A stretch of DNA of 64,000 bases from Cyanobacteria bacterium P01_A01_bin.123 (GTDB taxonomy: Bacteria > Cyanobacteriota > Cyanobacteriia > Phormidesmidales > Phormidesmidaceae). The stretch lies in assembly GCA_039815185.1 (NCBI GenBank), contig JBCBZT010000009.1:32001-96000 (forward strand), given 5' to 3'. Below the pieces are notes generated by a model that searched no databases, was not told the origin of the DNA, and was given only the letters and a program-made list of their open reading frames with translations. This document shows, piece by piece, positions 42,668 through 51,702 of the stretch. Position numbers and translations under genes: made by a program. The stretch's first letter is position 1. Each line of letters begins with the position of its first letter.

Positions 42668-42764
42668 AACACCCCTAAACCCTACCCTCAGCATTCGACT
42701 TTCGTCGAATAGTTCAGCCGTCTCCCCTTGCCTACACTGATGGGATTCAAAACCTTGGGGCACT

Positions 42765-44702
42765 ATGGCAACTGCGATTCCCTACATTGCCCAACCCATC
42801 CTCAAAATTGATGGCAAGTCTGCGTCCGACACGCTGGTGCAAGACATTTTGCAAATCTCCGTCGAAGAGAGTTTGCATTTGCCCAGCATGTTTACCCTGG
42901 TGATTAAAAACGATCGCTTCCCCGGTCGCGATGACGACGCCGTTTGGACACACCAAAGCAGCTTTGCCATCGGTAAATCGATTGAAATTGGCTTTGTCAG
43001 CGCCGCCACCGAGTCCGACGAATTTGATGATGCCAACCAAGGCACGGTGCTGAATGGGGAAATCACCGCTATCGAAACCCACTTTACCCGCCAGTCCCAA
43101 GCACCGATTATCATTCGCGGCTACGACACCTCCCACCGCCTGCACCGGGGTCGCCAAAGCCGCTCCTTTCAAAACAAATCGGACTCCGACATTGTTAAAG
43201 AAATTGCCAAAGAGGTTGGCATCTCGACCAATACCGTGGACAGCACGGGCGGGCCATACGGCTACAACGACATCAGCGATTCTAGCGGCTACGTGTTTCA
43301 GCAAAACCAAACCAACATGGAGTTTTTGCGCCAGCTTGCCGCTCGTAATGGCTACGAGCTGTTTGTGCAAGACGACAAACTCAACTTTCGCAAACCCGCC
43401 AAAGGTGACACCCTCACCTTAGAGTGGCTAAAAGATTTGCATAGCTTTCGGGTACGGGTCAGCAGCGCCGAACAGATTAAAAGTGTGGAGGTGCGCGGTT
43501 GGGACTACAGCCAAAAGAAAGTCCTCTCCGAAACCATCAGCAGTGCCAGCAAAGTCCACACCAGCACGGACAACACCAGCACCAGCAGTGTGGTCAGCAG
43601 CCTGAAGCCCACATCGCCGTCTATGGTGGTCGTCAACCACCCGTTTGCCAAATCGACTGAGGCCAAAACCATCGCCCAGGGTCTCTATGATGAGCTTTCG
43701 GGTGAATATGTCTCCGCCGATGCTACAGCTGAGGGCAACCCCAAAATTCGCCCCGGCAAGGTGGTGAAGCTGTCAGACATGGGGAATTACAGCGGCACCT
43801 ACTACGTGACTGAAACTCGCCACCTCTTCCACGAGCGCATTTACACCACCGAATTTAGCGTGCGGGGGCTACGAGGCGGCGACTTGCTGCAAACCCTGTC
43901 TCCCCCAACCCGACTGCAACCCGGACAAACTTGCCTAGTGGGCATTGTCGCTGACAACAACGACCCTAAGGGTTGGGGGCGCGTGCGGGTGAAGTTTCCC
44001 ACCCTTACCGAAGATCACATGAGCTATTGGGCTCGGGTGGTATCGGCTGGCGCTGGCGCCAGTCGGGGGTTAGATTGTCTACCTGAAATTAACGATGAAG
44101 TCCTCGTCGCCTTTGAACATGGGGATATCCATCGCCCTTATATCGTCGGTGGCGTTTGGAACGGTAGCGATGCTCCACCGGAAAAACCTGAAAAGTCAGT
44201 CGCCGATGGGAAAGTGCGGCTGCGTACATTTAAAACCCGTACGGGGCATTCCCTGCAATTTATTGAAGAAGATAAGGACAGCAGCAAAAAAGGGGTGTAT
44301 GTTGACACCGTTTATGGCCATCAAGTTGATCTCAATGACAGCGAGAAAAAGTCGCAGATCAAAACCAAAGAAGGCCACTATATTTTGTTTGACGATAGCA
44401 ATAAAAAAATAGAAATCAAAACTAATGGCGGCCATAAAATCTTGTTAGACGAAGGCTCTAGCAAAATAGATGTAATTTCCAAAGGCAGCATAAATGTAAA
44501 ATCAGGCTCTAGCGGTAATTCTGAAAACATTGCCATTAATGGAGGAAATATTACCCTCAAGGGCAGTACTGGAATTACCCTGCAGGTGGGCAGCACATCG
44601 ATAAAGTTGACCAGCACAGGGGTCACCATTTCAGGGGCGACCATTTCGGTCAAAGCGACGGGCATTAATACCATTTCTGGCAGTATGGTCAAATTGAATT
44701 AG
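42765..44702 (+). CDS. vgrG: VgrG/Afp8-like spike protein of a contractile injection system
   Basis: Gp27-like N-terminus (GYD.SHRLHR, QQNQTNMEFL, VEVRGWD); Gp5 OB-fold DPKGWGRVRVKFP...WARV...PEINDEVLVAFEHGD; beta-helix C-terminus ending VKLN. Confidence 0.9.
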   Translation: MATAIPYIAQPILKIDGKSASDTLVQDILQISVEESLHLPSMFTLVIKNDRFPGRDDDAVWTHQSSFAIGKSIEIGFVSAATESDEFDDANQGTVLNGEITAIETHFTRQSQAPIIIRGYDTSHRLHRGRQSRSFQNKSDSDIVKEIAKEVGISTNTVDSTGGPYGYNDISDSSGYVFQQNQTNMEFLRQLAARNGYELFVQDDKLNFRKPAKGDTLTLEWLKDLHSFRVRVSSAEQIKSVEVRGWDYSQKKVLSETISSASKVHTSTDNTSTSSVVSSLKPTSPSMVVVNHPFAKSTEAKTIAQGLYDELSGEYVSADATAEGNPKIRPGKVVKLSDMGNYSGTYYVTETRHLFHERIYTTEFSVRGLRGGDLLQTLSPPTRLQPGQTCLVGIVADNNDPKGWGRVRVKFPTLTEDHMSYWARVVSAGAGASRGLDCLPEINDEVLVAFEHGDIHRPYIVGGVWNGSDAPPEKPEKSVADGKVRLRTFKTRTGHSLQFIEEDKDSSKKGVYVDTVYGHQVDLNDSEKKSQIKTKEGHYILFDDSNKKIEIKTNGGHKILLDEGSSKIDVISKGSINVKSGSSGNSENIAINGGNITLKGSTGITLQVGSTSIKLTSTGVTISGATISVKATGINTISGSMVKLN

Positions 44703-44710
44703 TGGGGCAG

Positions 44711-44730
44711 GGACGCGATTAATCGCGTCC
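44711..44730. repeat. REP-like palindrome (ACGCGATTAATCGCG core), copy 2
   Basis: GGACGCGATTAATCGCGTCC is a perfect palindrome between vgrG and the DUF4280 gene. Confidence 0.7.
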
Positions 44731-44759
44731 GTACAGGGTAGATAGCAGGAGAGACAGGG

Positions 44760-45152
44760 ATGGGATTTCAGGTGGTGATGGGAGCGGTGTTGCAGTGCAG
44801 TTTTGGTTCAGCACCGACTAGTTTGATTGTGATTCCCAAGGGGCTCCCGGTGACGGCAGTAGGGCCGTTTGCAGCTACCATCATGGACTATGCCCCGATT
44901 GTGAATATTCCCACTTTTGCCATGTGCAGTTCTTTGGCGAACCCAACGGTCGCTTCGGCAACCGCAGCCGCTAGTGGGGTGTTGACACCTATGCCCTGTG
45001 TCCCTGTGATTCCGGCTCCATGGAGTCCAGGATGTTCCAAGGTGCAAATCAATAATTTCTTGGCCCTCAACGATTCGTCAAAGTGTTACTGCACGTGGGG
45101 GGGAACAATTTCGATTACCAGCCCTGGACAATATACGGTTCAAATTCCCTGA
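44760..45152 (+). CDS. DUF4280 PAAR-like spike-tip protein
   Basis: GAVLQCSFG, NIPTFAMC, PMPCVP, W.PG and C.C.WGG.I motifs. Confidence 0.9.
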   Translation: MGFQVVMGAVLQCSFGSAPTSLIVIPKGLPVTAVGPFAATIMDYAPIVNIPTFAMCSSLANPTVASATAAASGVLTPMPCVPVIPAPWSPGCSKVQINNFLALNDSSKCYCTWGGTISITSPGQYTVQIP

Positions 45153-45175
45153 TGCTTCAATCTGAGCAGATACAA

Positions 45176-45847
45176 TTACGGCCAAATTCTTTGCCACAAA
45201 CTTCTGAAGCATTGTGTCACTGAAGATTCTTCGCTTACAGGGGGTTCAGTATTTTCTTGCTCCACTGAGACTTTCCGCCAAGCGTCAAAACCTTCACCGT
45301 TTTTGAAGTAATAACCGTTTCTGAAGTAATAAACGTACTCATCATCTTCGTAGAACTGGCTGTAGCGATCTGAAATGTGAGTTAGCGGTAAAACCCCAGC
45401 CATATCTTGTATCGTCTTCTTTTGGATTTCCTGTGCTTTATGTAAATCCCATTTTAAGTTTTGGCTGTTGAGGTAGTTATCCTGTAGGAAAAACATCTCT
45501 GGTGATTCGTTGATTGGCCCTGATAAATCATAAATTACACAATTTTCATCGATGTAAAAGGCATCTTGGGGATTGATGTCGGCACAGTTTATAAGAATGG
45601 ATGGTGCGCCTTCCTCGTCTTCAAACAGATCAGTTTCAACGCATATTTTCCCTGGTTTAAACCAAGCTGGGCGCTCGTGAACAAGACCGAACCTGACAAG
45701 CTCAAGACCATTTCGATAAATCCTACCGCCAAATTTTCTTTGAAAATCCAACAGTTCTTCGGGATGCTGAATCCCGGCTTGTTCTAATTGTTGCTTCAAA
45801 TCTGCATAGTCAACCATAAGTCCATACCCTGCCAATTTGAGTGACAT
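45176..45847 (-). CDS. Hypothetical protein, possibly immunity-like
   Basis: 223-aa acidic, aromatic-rich ORF, AT-richer than its neighbours. LLDFQRKFGG loosely resembles SUKH-type motifs. Confidence 0.55.
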   Translation of the reverse strand: MSLKLAGYGLMVDYADLKQQLEQAGIQHPEELLDFQRKFGGRIYRNGLELVRFGLVHERPAWFKPGKICVETDLFEDEEGAPSILINCADINPQDAFYIDENCVIYDLSGPINESPEMFFLQDNYLNSQNLKWDLHKAQEIQKKTIQDMAGVLPLTHISDRYSQFYEDDEYVYYFRNGYYFKNGEGFDAWRKVSVEQENTEPPVSEESSVTQCFRSLWQRIWP

Positions 45848-45975
45848 TGGTGGCTACCTTAGGCCTTATTTCTGATGCCTCACCTCTTATACAAACTAAC
45901 AACATTAACGACTCCCTTGACCTGGGTGGACTGCGAAGCTATGCTTGGAACTGATTGACCCGTGTCCGCTAACGT

Positions 45976-46062
45976 ATGGTGTTTGTGAATCCGCAGCGAT
46001 CGCTCCAAGTGCTCCCCGGCCTTAGCCTGGGACTGCTGCTGCTGCGCCTTGAGCGCAAATAA
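45976..46062 (+). CDS. Putative leucine leader peptide MVFVNPQRSLQVLPGLSLGLLLLRLERK
   Basis: 28 aa with 9 Leu, including four consecutive CTG codons. It ends 264 bp upstream of leuA on the same strand. Confidence 0.7.
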   Translation: MVFVNPQRSLQVLPGLSLGLLLLRLERK

Positions 46063-46171
46063 TTTTTCATCACACCCCGAATCTATAAAGCTTTTTGATT
46101 CCTAAATAGCCCCAAGCTGACTCCCGCCTTCGAGACGAGGAATGCCTTCAAGATGGGGATTTGTTGGGGTT
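46023..46171 (+). promoter_or_regulatory. Putative attenuator (mutually exclusive pairings) in the leuA leader
   Basis: 46023-46035 can pair with 46107-46119. Alternatively 46108-46115 pairs with 46164-46171, closing a long hairpin with a short T run. Confidence 0.5.
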
Positions 46172-46326
46172 TGAATACGCTACAGATTTCCCCTGCCCCC
46201 TTACCGAGGTATGGGGGTGGCGCAATCGGGGGAGCTCACCACAAATGGAACATTCCACAGGGATGAGGCGCCTCTCGTCCCTACAAAAATTCGTCGCCAA
46301 TCTACCCTCAATTATTAAACCGAACC

Positions 46327-48039
46327 ATGTTGAAAAATCCTGCCACTCGCTACCGTCCCTTCGCTCCGGTTGATTTGAGCGATCGCACCTGGCCCAACCA
46401 AACCATCGACCATCCCCCGATCTGGCTGAGTACCGACCTGCGTGACGGTAACCAAGCCTTGATTGAACCGATGAACCGCGATCGCAAGCTGCGCCTCTTC
46501 CAACTTTTGATTGACATTGGCTTCAAGGAAATTGAGGTAGCCTTTCCCTCCGCCTCTCAAACCGATTTTGATTTTGTCCGTACGTTGATCGAGCAAGACC
46601 TGATTCCCGATGACGTTACCATTCAGGTGTTGACCCAAGCCCGCGATCATCTGATTCGCCGGACGTTTGAAGCCCTACACGGAGCAAAGCGAGCGATCGT
46701 GCATGTGTACAACGCCACGGCTCCTGTATTTCGGCGGACGGTCTTCAATCGCGATCGCGCCGCTACTGTTCAACTTGCCGTAGATGCAGCCACTTTGATC
46801 AAAACCTTGGCTGCTCAGCAGCCAGAGACCGATTGGCGGTTTCAATATTCCCCTGAAACCTTTACGGCGACGGAGCTAGATTTTGCCAAAACCATCTGTG
46901 ACGCGGTGTTGGATGTGTGGCAACCCACCCCTGACCATAAAGCCATCATCAACCTACCCGCCACGGTAGAAGTCTCTACCCCCAATATCTTTGCCGATCA
47001 GGTGGAGTGGATACACCGCCATCTCGCCCGCCGCGACAGCGTCGTGCTGAGCGTCCACAACCACAACGATCGCGGGTCAGGCGTTGCCGCTGCTGAGTTG
47101 GGTCAACTGGCGGGGGCAGATCGGGTGGAAGGTTGCCTGTTTGGTCACGGTGAACGCACAGGCAACGTGGACATCGTCACCCTGGCATTGAACCTCTACA
47201 CCCAGGGGATTCACCCCGGTTTGGATTTTTCTGACATTAATGAAGTGGCCCGCATTGTTGAAGACTGTACTCAATTGCCCATTCATCCCCGTCACCCCTA
47301 TGTTGGTGATTTGGTGTTTACGGCATTCTCCGGGTCTCACCAAGATGCGATCAAGAAAGGCTTAGCCGCGCAGTCTGCCAATGGACTTTGGGAAGTCCCC
47401 TATTTGCCCATCGATCCGGCTGATGTGGGGCGCACCTATGAGTCAGTGATTCGGGTTAACAGCCAGTCGGGTAAAGGCGGAATTGCTTATCTCCTAGAGC
47501 GTGACTTTGGCTTGAGTTTACCCCGACGGTTGCAGATTGAATTTAGCCATGTGGTGCAGCGAGAACTCGATGCCCACGGCAAAGAGATGAACGGTGATGC
47601 ACTCTATAGCCTGTTTGATCGAGAATATGTACAGGCTAAGGAACCCTTTGCATACCTGAGTTATCAGTGGGATGCAGACAAAGGCTTGCTCGTTCTCAAT
47701 CTCCAACTCAACGGCCAACCTTGCCGCCTTTCTAGCCAAGGCCCAACGCCCGTGGCTGCATTACTCACCGCGTTGAATCTAGGGATTCGTATCCACCATC
47801 AATCCAATCAGCTTGTGGTTACTCGTGGGGGGGAACAACCTGATGCGATCGCTTACATTGAATTAGCGATCGACGGCTTCCACGGCACCCACTATGGCGT
47901 TGGCATCCACCCCGATGGCACTATTGCTGAATTACTAGCCGTGTTGAGCAGTCTCAACCGCGCCCTCCGCCGTGTCGATGCGGAAGCCCAAGCTAAGCTG
48001 CTAAAGCAGGGATTGTCTGACCGCCATTTGGTCTACTAA
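46327..48039 (+). CDS. leuA: 2-isopropylmalate synthase (type 2 / yeast-actinobacterial type)
   Basis: [57 protein letters not shown] and [11 protein letters not shown] motifs. Confidence 0.95.
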   Translation: MLKNPATRYRPFAPVDLSDRTWPNQTIDHPPIWLSTDLRDGNQALIEPMNRDRKLRLFQLLIDIGFKEIEVAFPSASQTDFDFVRTLIEQDLIPDDVTIQVLTQARDHLIRRTFEALHGAKRAIVHVYNATAPVFRRTVFNRDRAATVQLAVDAATLIKTLAAQQPETDWRFQYSPETFTATELDFAKTICDAVLDVWQPTPDHKAIINLPATVEVSTPNIFADQVEWIHRHLARRDSVVLSVHNHNDRGSGVAAAELGQLAGADRVEGCLFGHGERTGNVDIVTLALNLYTQGIHPGLDFSDINEVARIVEDCTQLPIHPRHPYVGDLVFTAFSGSHQDAIKKGLAAQSANGLWEVPYLPIDPADVGRTYESVIRVNSQSGKGGIAYLLERDFGLSLPRRLQIEFSHVVQRELDAHGKEMNGDALYSLFDREYVQAKEPFAYLSYQWDADKGLLVLNLQLNGQPCRLSSQGPTPVAALLTALNLGIRIHHQSNQLVVTRGGEQPDAIAYIELAIDGFHGTHYGVGIHPDGTIAELLAVLSSLNRALRRVDAEAQAKLLKQGLSDRHLVY

Positions 48040-48100
48040 TCAGAGGAATGAAAAGGGGGCATCGGTGGGTTATTTCATCAGAAATACCAGGTAAGAAACG

Positions 48101-48190
48101 GGTAGATGCTCCCTTAAAAGCTCCCTAAAAATAGGCTGGCAGATACTCCCTTAAAAGCTCCCTAAAAATAGGATAGTAGGTGCTCCCTTG
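48101..48190. repeat. 37-bp tandem repeat, about 2.4 copies
   Basis: GGYAGATRCTCCCTTAAAAGCTCCCTAAAAATAGG at 48101 and 48138, plus a partial third unit at 48175. Confidence 0.85.
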
Positions 48191-48217
48191 GTCGTCTCCA
48201 TCAAACGTGTCTTTGTA

Positions 48218-48322
48218 TATAGCGCTGGCCAGATTGATTAATGCACCGAGTATCGCCAGGATGCTGAGTCCACAAGCAATCTGGCTCTCGATAGCGCACA
48301 AAGCTTTGTGGCTACCGCTATA
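48218..48322 (+). mobile_element. 105-bp structured dispersed repeat / MITE-like element, copy A
   Basis: Ends are TATAGCG...CGCTATA. Internal hairpins GCCAGATTG..CAATCTGGC and CACAAAGCTTTGTG. Homologous to 49606-49710 in inverted orientation. Confidence 0.75.
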
Positions 48323-48412
48323 CCTTAAGACCTGAGGAAACAACCTAAATAAAAGTACCGCGAATAGCCTCAGAAGCAGTTCAGTAATCTGTGAATTCAC
48401 ACAACCTTTACG

Positions 48413-49435
48413 CTATGGGGTGGCGTAGAACGCCGGATACACAAAGGCAAACGCGGTAGTACTGGGCATAACCGTTCCATCCAGTTCTTTGACAACCACA
48501 GTAGACAAGGACGCATCCCAGCGCGCCCGGATTGTCCGCCCAGCAAACTCAACTTCCTGGCTGCCTAACTGCTCTAGCTCTGTATGGACAAACTGATGGC
48601 TGTCTCCCGAAAATTGATTAAACGGGGTTTGACTATCTGGCTCCCACACGTAGCTCACAATCGTTTTGGGATGCAGGTCTCGCTGCGCTTGATTGCGTAC
48701 CGGAAAAATAATCTGTTCGTCGGTGTAGTAGGTGCCGTAGGGGTAGCGCTGATAGTCGCGGTTGTGCCCGGTGCGTGTTGAGAGAATCTGACTGTTGGGG
48801 TGCTGGGCTAGCCAGTCGTCTAAGGTTGTTTTCACCGCGGGTATCCTGTCTAGGGTTTGATTCACGTTGGCACCCACGACACCCGTCGCCCAAGGTTGGG
48901 CATACAATGTGTCGTCTGCCCGGTCATACATGATCAAACAGCTCTGGTAAAGCTTGCCCGACACCCCAAAGGTTGTGTTGCCCCGCTCGAAGGCCACAAT
49001 TGTGTCGCAGAGTGGGCAATAAGACACAGTTACATTGACGCCCCCGACGGTGTCATTCACAATCTCATGCCAGTCCATCACCCTAAAGGGGTAAGCTTTC
49101 GCTTCGCCATTAATCACAACGCCAATCACAACGGCGTCTCCATCAAATGGGGTCGTTTCAGCAGTATCAAACTGAGGCTCGTCGATACTCGGGATACCGT
49201 CTTTGGGCGGGCCACCATTTAGCAGTTCACTGAGATCGATCCGGGTCGCCGATTCAAGGTCAACATTCTGTTTTCGCAGATCATCCAATTCTTGGCCTTG
49301 ATCATGGAAAACTTGCGCTAACACTGCATACTGGAGCTTAAAATTATCCCACCCCCCAGCTTGGACGATGGCAGCACCCACGATAATCGCGGCGGTAGAT
49401 AGGGCACCAATGGCAACTCTTCTCACAAGCTTCAT
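48413..49435 (-). CDS. DUF3179 family exported protein
   Basis: GGPPKDGIPSIDEP, AKAYP...WHEIVND, YCPLC and FGVSGKLY..L.MYDR motifs. Confidence 0.9.
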   Translation of the reverse strand: MKLVRRVAIGALSTAAIIVGAAIVQAGGWDNFKLQYAVLAQVFHDQGQELDDLRKQNVDLESATRIDLSELLNGGPPKDGIPSIDEPQFDTAETTPFDGDAVVIGVVINGEAKAYPFRVMDWHEIVNDTVGGVNVTVSYCPLCDTIVAFERGNTTFGVSGKLYQSCLIMYDRADDTLYAQPWATGVVGANVNQTLDRIPAVKTTLDDWLAQHPNSQILSTRTGHNRDYQRYPYGTYYTDEQIIFPVRNQAQRDLHPKTIVSYVWEPDSQTPFNQFSGDSHQFVHTELEQLGSQEVEFAGRTIRARWDASLSTVVVKELDGTVMPSTTAFAFVYPAFYATP

Positions 49436-49605
49436 GGCCGTTTCCCCAGATGTTCAACGCTCTAGACTCGCTTGAAGCAATCTTCCTAAAAATCGAGCTT
49501 CTACACCGATGTAATTACCTTGAAGGATTAAACCGTTATCCAGGTTAGGATTCTCTGAGAAAACGCTGAAAATTCTCGGTTAGCGACAGGCAAGGCAGGG
49601 GTTAA

Positions 49606-49836
<231 letters not shown>

Positions 49837-49841
49837 CTAAT

Positions 49842-50447
49842 TTATCGTCTGCGCCCGCCAGACACTGGAATGGGTGGGCCGGCGATCGCGTTTAGATTCT
49901 GACACCGCAACACGTCGTTAAAACTCATACTCCGCCGACCTTCAATCCGGGCAACCGTTTCGATCGCGCTAGCCAAATGTTGGGCAGCTTCGGCTCGACT
50001 GTAGCCCCGTCGGGCTGCGACTTGAATCGCAGTTTCATCGGCGGTAATAGCGTCGCTGGGACCTCGGCTGTCACGCCACACGCGCGTGGCTGCGATCGCA
50101 GTTACGCCCCCGGCCATTAGCATGCCGACCGCATTGCCCTGAAAGGTTTCAAATAGGGTAGCTGCCACCCCCGCGATCGCCACCCCACGCGGCACATCAA
50201 GTTTAAACGGGTTGGTTCCTGTCACCCAGCCAATTTGCTGCAAAAACAGCAGATCCCGTTCTGGAATAGACAGCCTGCCCCACAGGTCGAAATTAATCGA
50301 AATCGGATAGGTTTGCTTCCAAGGTCGGCGAGATTCAGTAGTAATCACTTGAGGTTGAGCCTGGTTGCTGCGGATACGGGTTTTCATCCAGCCTGAAGCA
50401 GGCATCAGCTCTCGCAGCCGAGGAATTTCTTGATCGGGATTAACCAT
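49842..50447 (-). CDS. DUF3318 family cyanobacterial membrane protein
   Basis: EI.RL..LMPASG.M, INFDLW, ADE.AI..A.RRGY and RCQNL motifs. Confidence 0.85.
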   Translation of the reverse strand: MVNPDQEIPRLRELMPASGWMKTRIRSNQAQPQVITTESRRPWKQTYPISINFDLWGRLSIPERDLLFLQQIGWVTGTNPFKLDVPRGVAIAGVAATLFETFQGNAVGMLMAGGVTAIAATRVWRDSRGPSDAITADETAIQVAARRGYSRAEAAQHLASAIETVARIEGRRSMSFNDVLRCQNLNAIAGPPIPVSGGRRR

Positions 50448-50469
50448 GGCAAACAACGAACGCTCCAGC

Positions 50470-51675
50470 TCATAGCAACAGGGTAGCAGGGGAATCATCA
50501 AAAAACTTTTCAATGATCCTTTCGTAAACACTGCAAAGCTCGTGAATATGAGCGATGGGAATATGCTCACCAATCTGGTGCATCGTATTGTCTAAAGGCC
50601 CATACTCAACCGTGACGCAATGGGGCACGATAAACCGAGCATCGGTGATGCCACCGTCGGTGCTGAGGCGGGGGCGGCGGCCAGAAACCTCTTCAACAAC
50701 CCCCTGGACTAGGGCAACAAATTGATCTTCAGGATTAGTACGAAAGGCTTCACCACTCACCCGGAAGCGGATGTCGTATTCAGTGCCATATTCGTGGGCA
50801 ATGGGCTCAATTGTGTCACGGATCAACTGTTGCAGACCCGCCCCGGTTTGCTCGTCATTAAAGCGGATGTTGAAGCGCAGATTAACGTGAGCTGGAATCA
50901 CATTTTCCGCACAACTGGCGGTTTCAAATTGGGTGATTTCCAGGTTAGAGGGTTCAAACCACTCATTGCCATTATCCAGCGGTAAATTCTGCAACGCCGT
51001 TGCCATGGCCACTGCTGCCGGGACTGGATTCAGCACGTTGCGCTGATAGGCAACGTGTCCTTGTTTTCCCTTGACGGTGATAAAGGTGTTGATACTGCCC
51101 CGGCGACCAATATGCACACAATCGCCCATTTCAGACGGATTAGTCGGCTCACCAACAATGCAGGCATCTATTGTTTCGCCGCGCTGTGCCAAATATTCCA
51201 TCACGGGTTTAGTCCCATTGATGGCCTCATGTTCTTCATCGCCAGTAATGATGAAGCTGAACGATCCCTTGAGGTTATCCTGCCGTTTCGCCAGCCAAGC
51301 TGAAACAGCGGCAATAAAGCAACCGATGCCCGCTTTCATATCGACAGTGCCCCGCCCCCACAAAATACCGTCTCTAATTTCAGCTTTATAGGGATCTATA
51401 TCGCCCCAACGCTGGCGATCGCCCTCTGGGACGACATCAGTATGTCCGGCAAAAGCCAGGTTTGGGCTTGCGGTTCCTAACCTGGCGTAGAGATTATCCA
51501 CTTCATAACTGCCAGGGTGATTGTGAAATTTCAAACGCTCACAGGTGAAGCCCAGTCGTTCTAGGTGACGTTGAACAACATCCAACCCGCCTTCTCTGTC
51601 CGGTGTCACGCTTGGCCTTTGGATCAGTTCTTGTGTCAACGCAACTGGATCAAGCACACGAATTTCAACAGTCAT
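50470..51675 (-). CDS. dapE: Succinyl-diaminopimelate desuccinylase (M20)
   Basis: RPSVTP, NLYAR, FAGHTDVVP, GRGTVDMK, TGDEE, GEPT, GRRGS, GKQGHVAY and FNIRFND motifs. Confidence 0.92.
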   Translation of the reverse strand: MTVEIRVLDPVALTQELIQRPSVTPDREGGLDVVQRHLERLGFTCERLKFHNHPGSYEVDNLYARLGTASPNLAFAGHTDVVPEGDRQRWGDIDPYKAEIRDGILWGRGTVDMKAGIGCFIAAVSAWLAKRQDNLKGSFSFIITGDEEHEAINGTKPVMEYLAQRGETIDACIVGEPTNPSEMGDCVHIGRRGSINTFITVKGKQGHVAYQRNVLNPVPAAVAMATALQNLPLDNGNEWFEPSNLEITQFETASCAENVIPAHVNLRFNIRFNDEQTGAGLQQLIRDTIEPIAHEYGTEYDIRFRVSGEAFRTNPEDQFVALVQGVVEEVSGRRPRLSTDGGITDARFIVPHCVTVEYGPLDNTMHQIGEHIPIAHIHELCSVYERIIEKFFDDSPATLLL

Positions 51676-51702
51676 GGCCAACTCTCCTGAAGGACTTTAT
51701 AT

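Noticed and set aside
42592..42672. N-terminal extension of the alpha/beta hydrolase in the ORF track
   Set aside because: The extension reads through REP copy 4; ATG at 42591 is the more plausible start.
42747..43370. 207-aa antisense ORF
   Set aside because: Shadow of vgrG on the opposite strand.
48101..48190. 37-bp repeats as a CRISPR array
   Set aside because: The units are contiguous with no spacers.
48125..48400. 91-aa minus-strand ORF
   Set aside because: It is built largely from the 105-bp element and the 37-bp tandem repeat, has no ATG start and shows no recognisable motif.
50448..50573. Long overlap of the DUF3318 ORF with dapE
   Set aside because: Family similarity starts at ATG 50447; the upstream part is incidental open frame.
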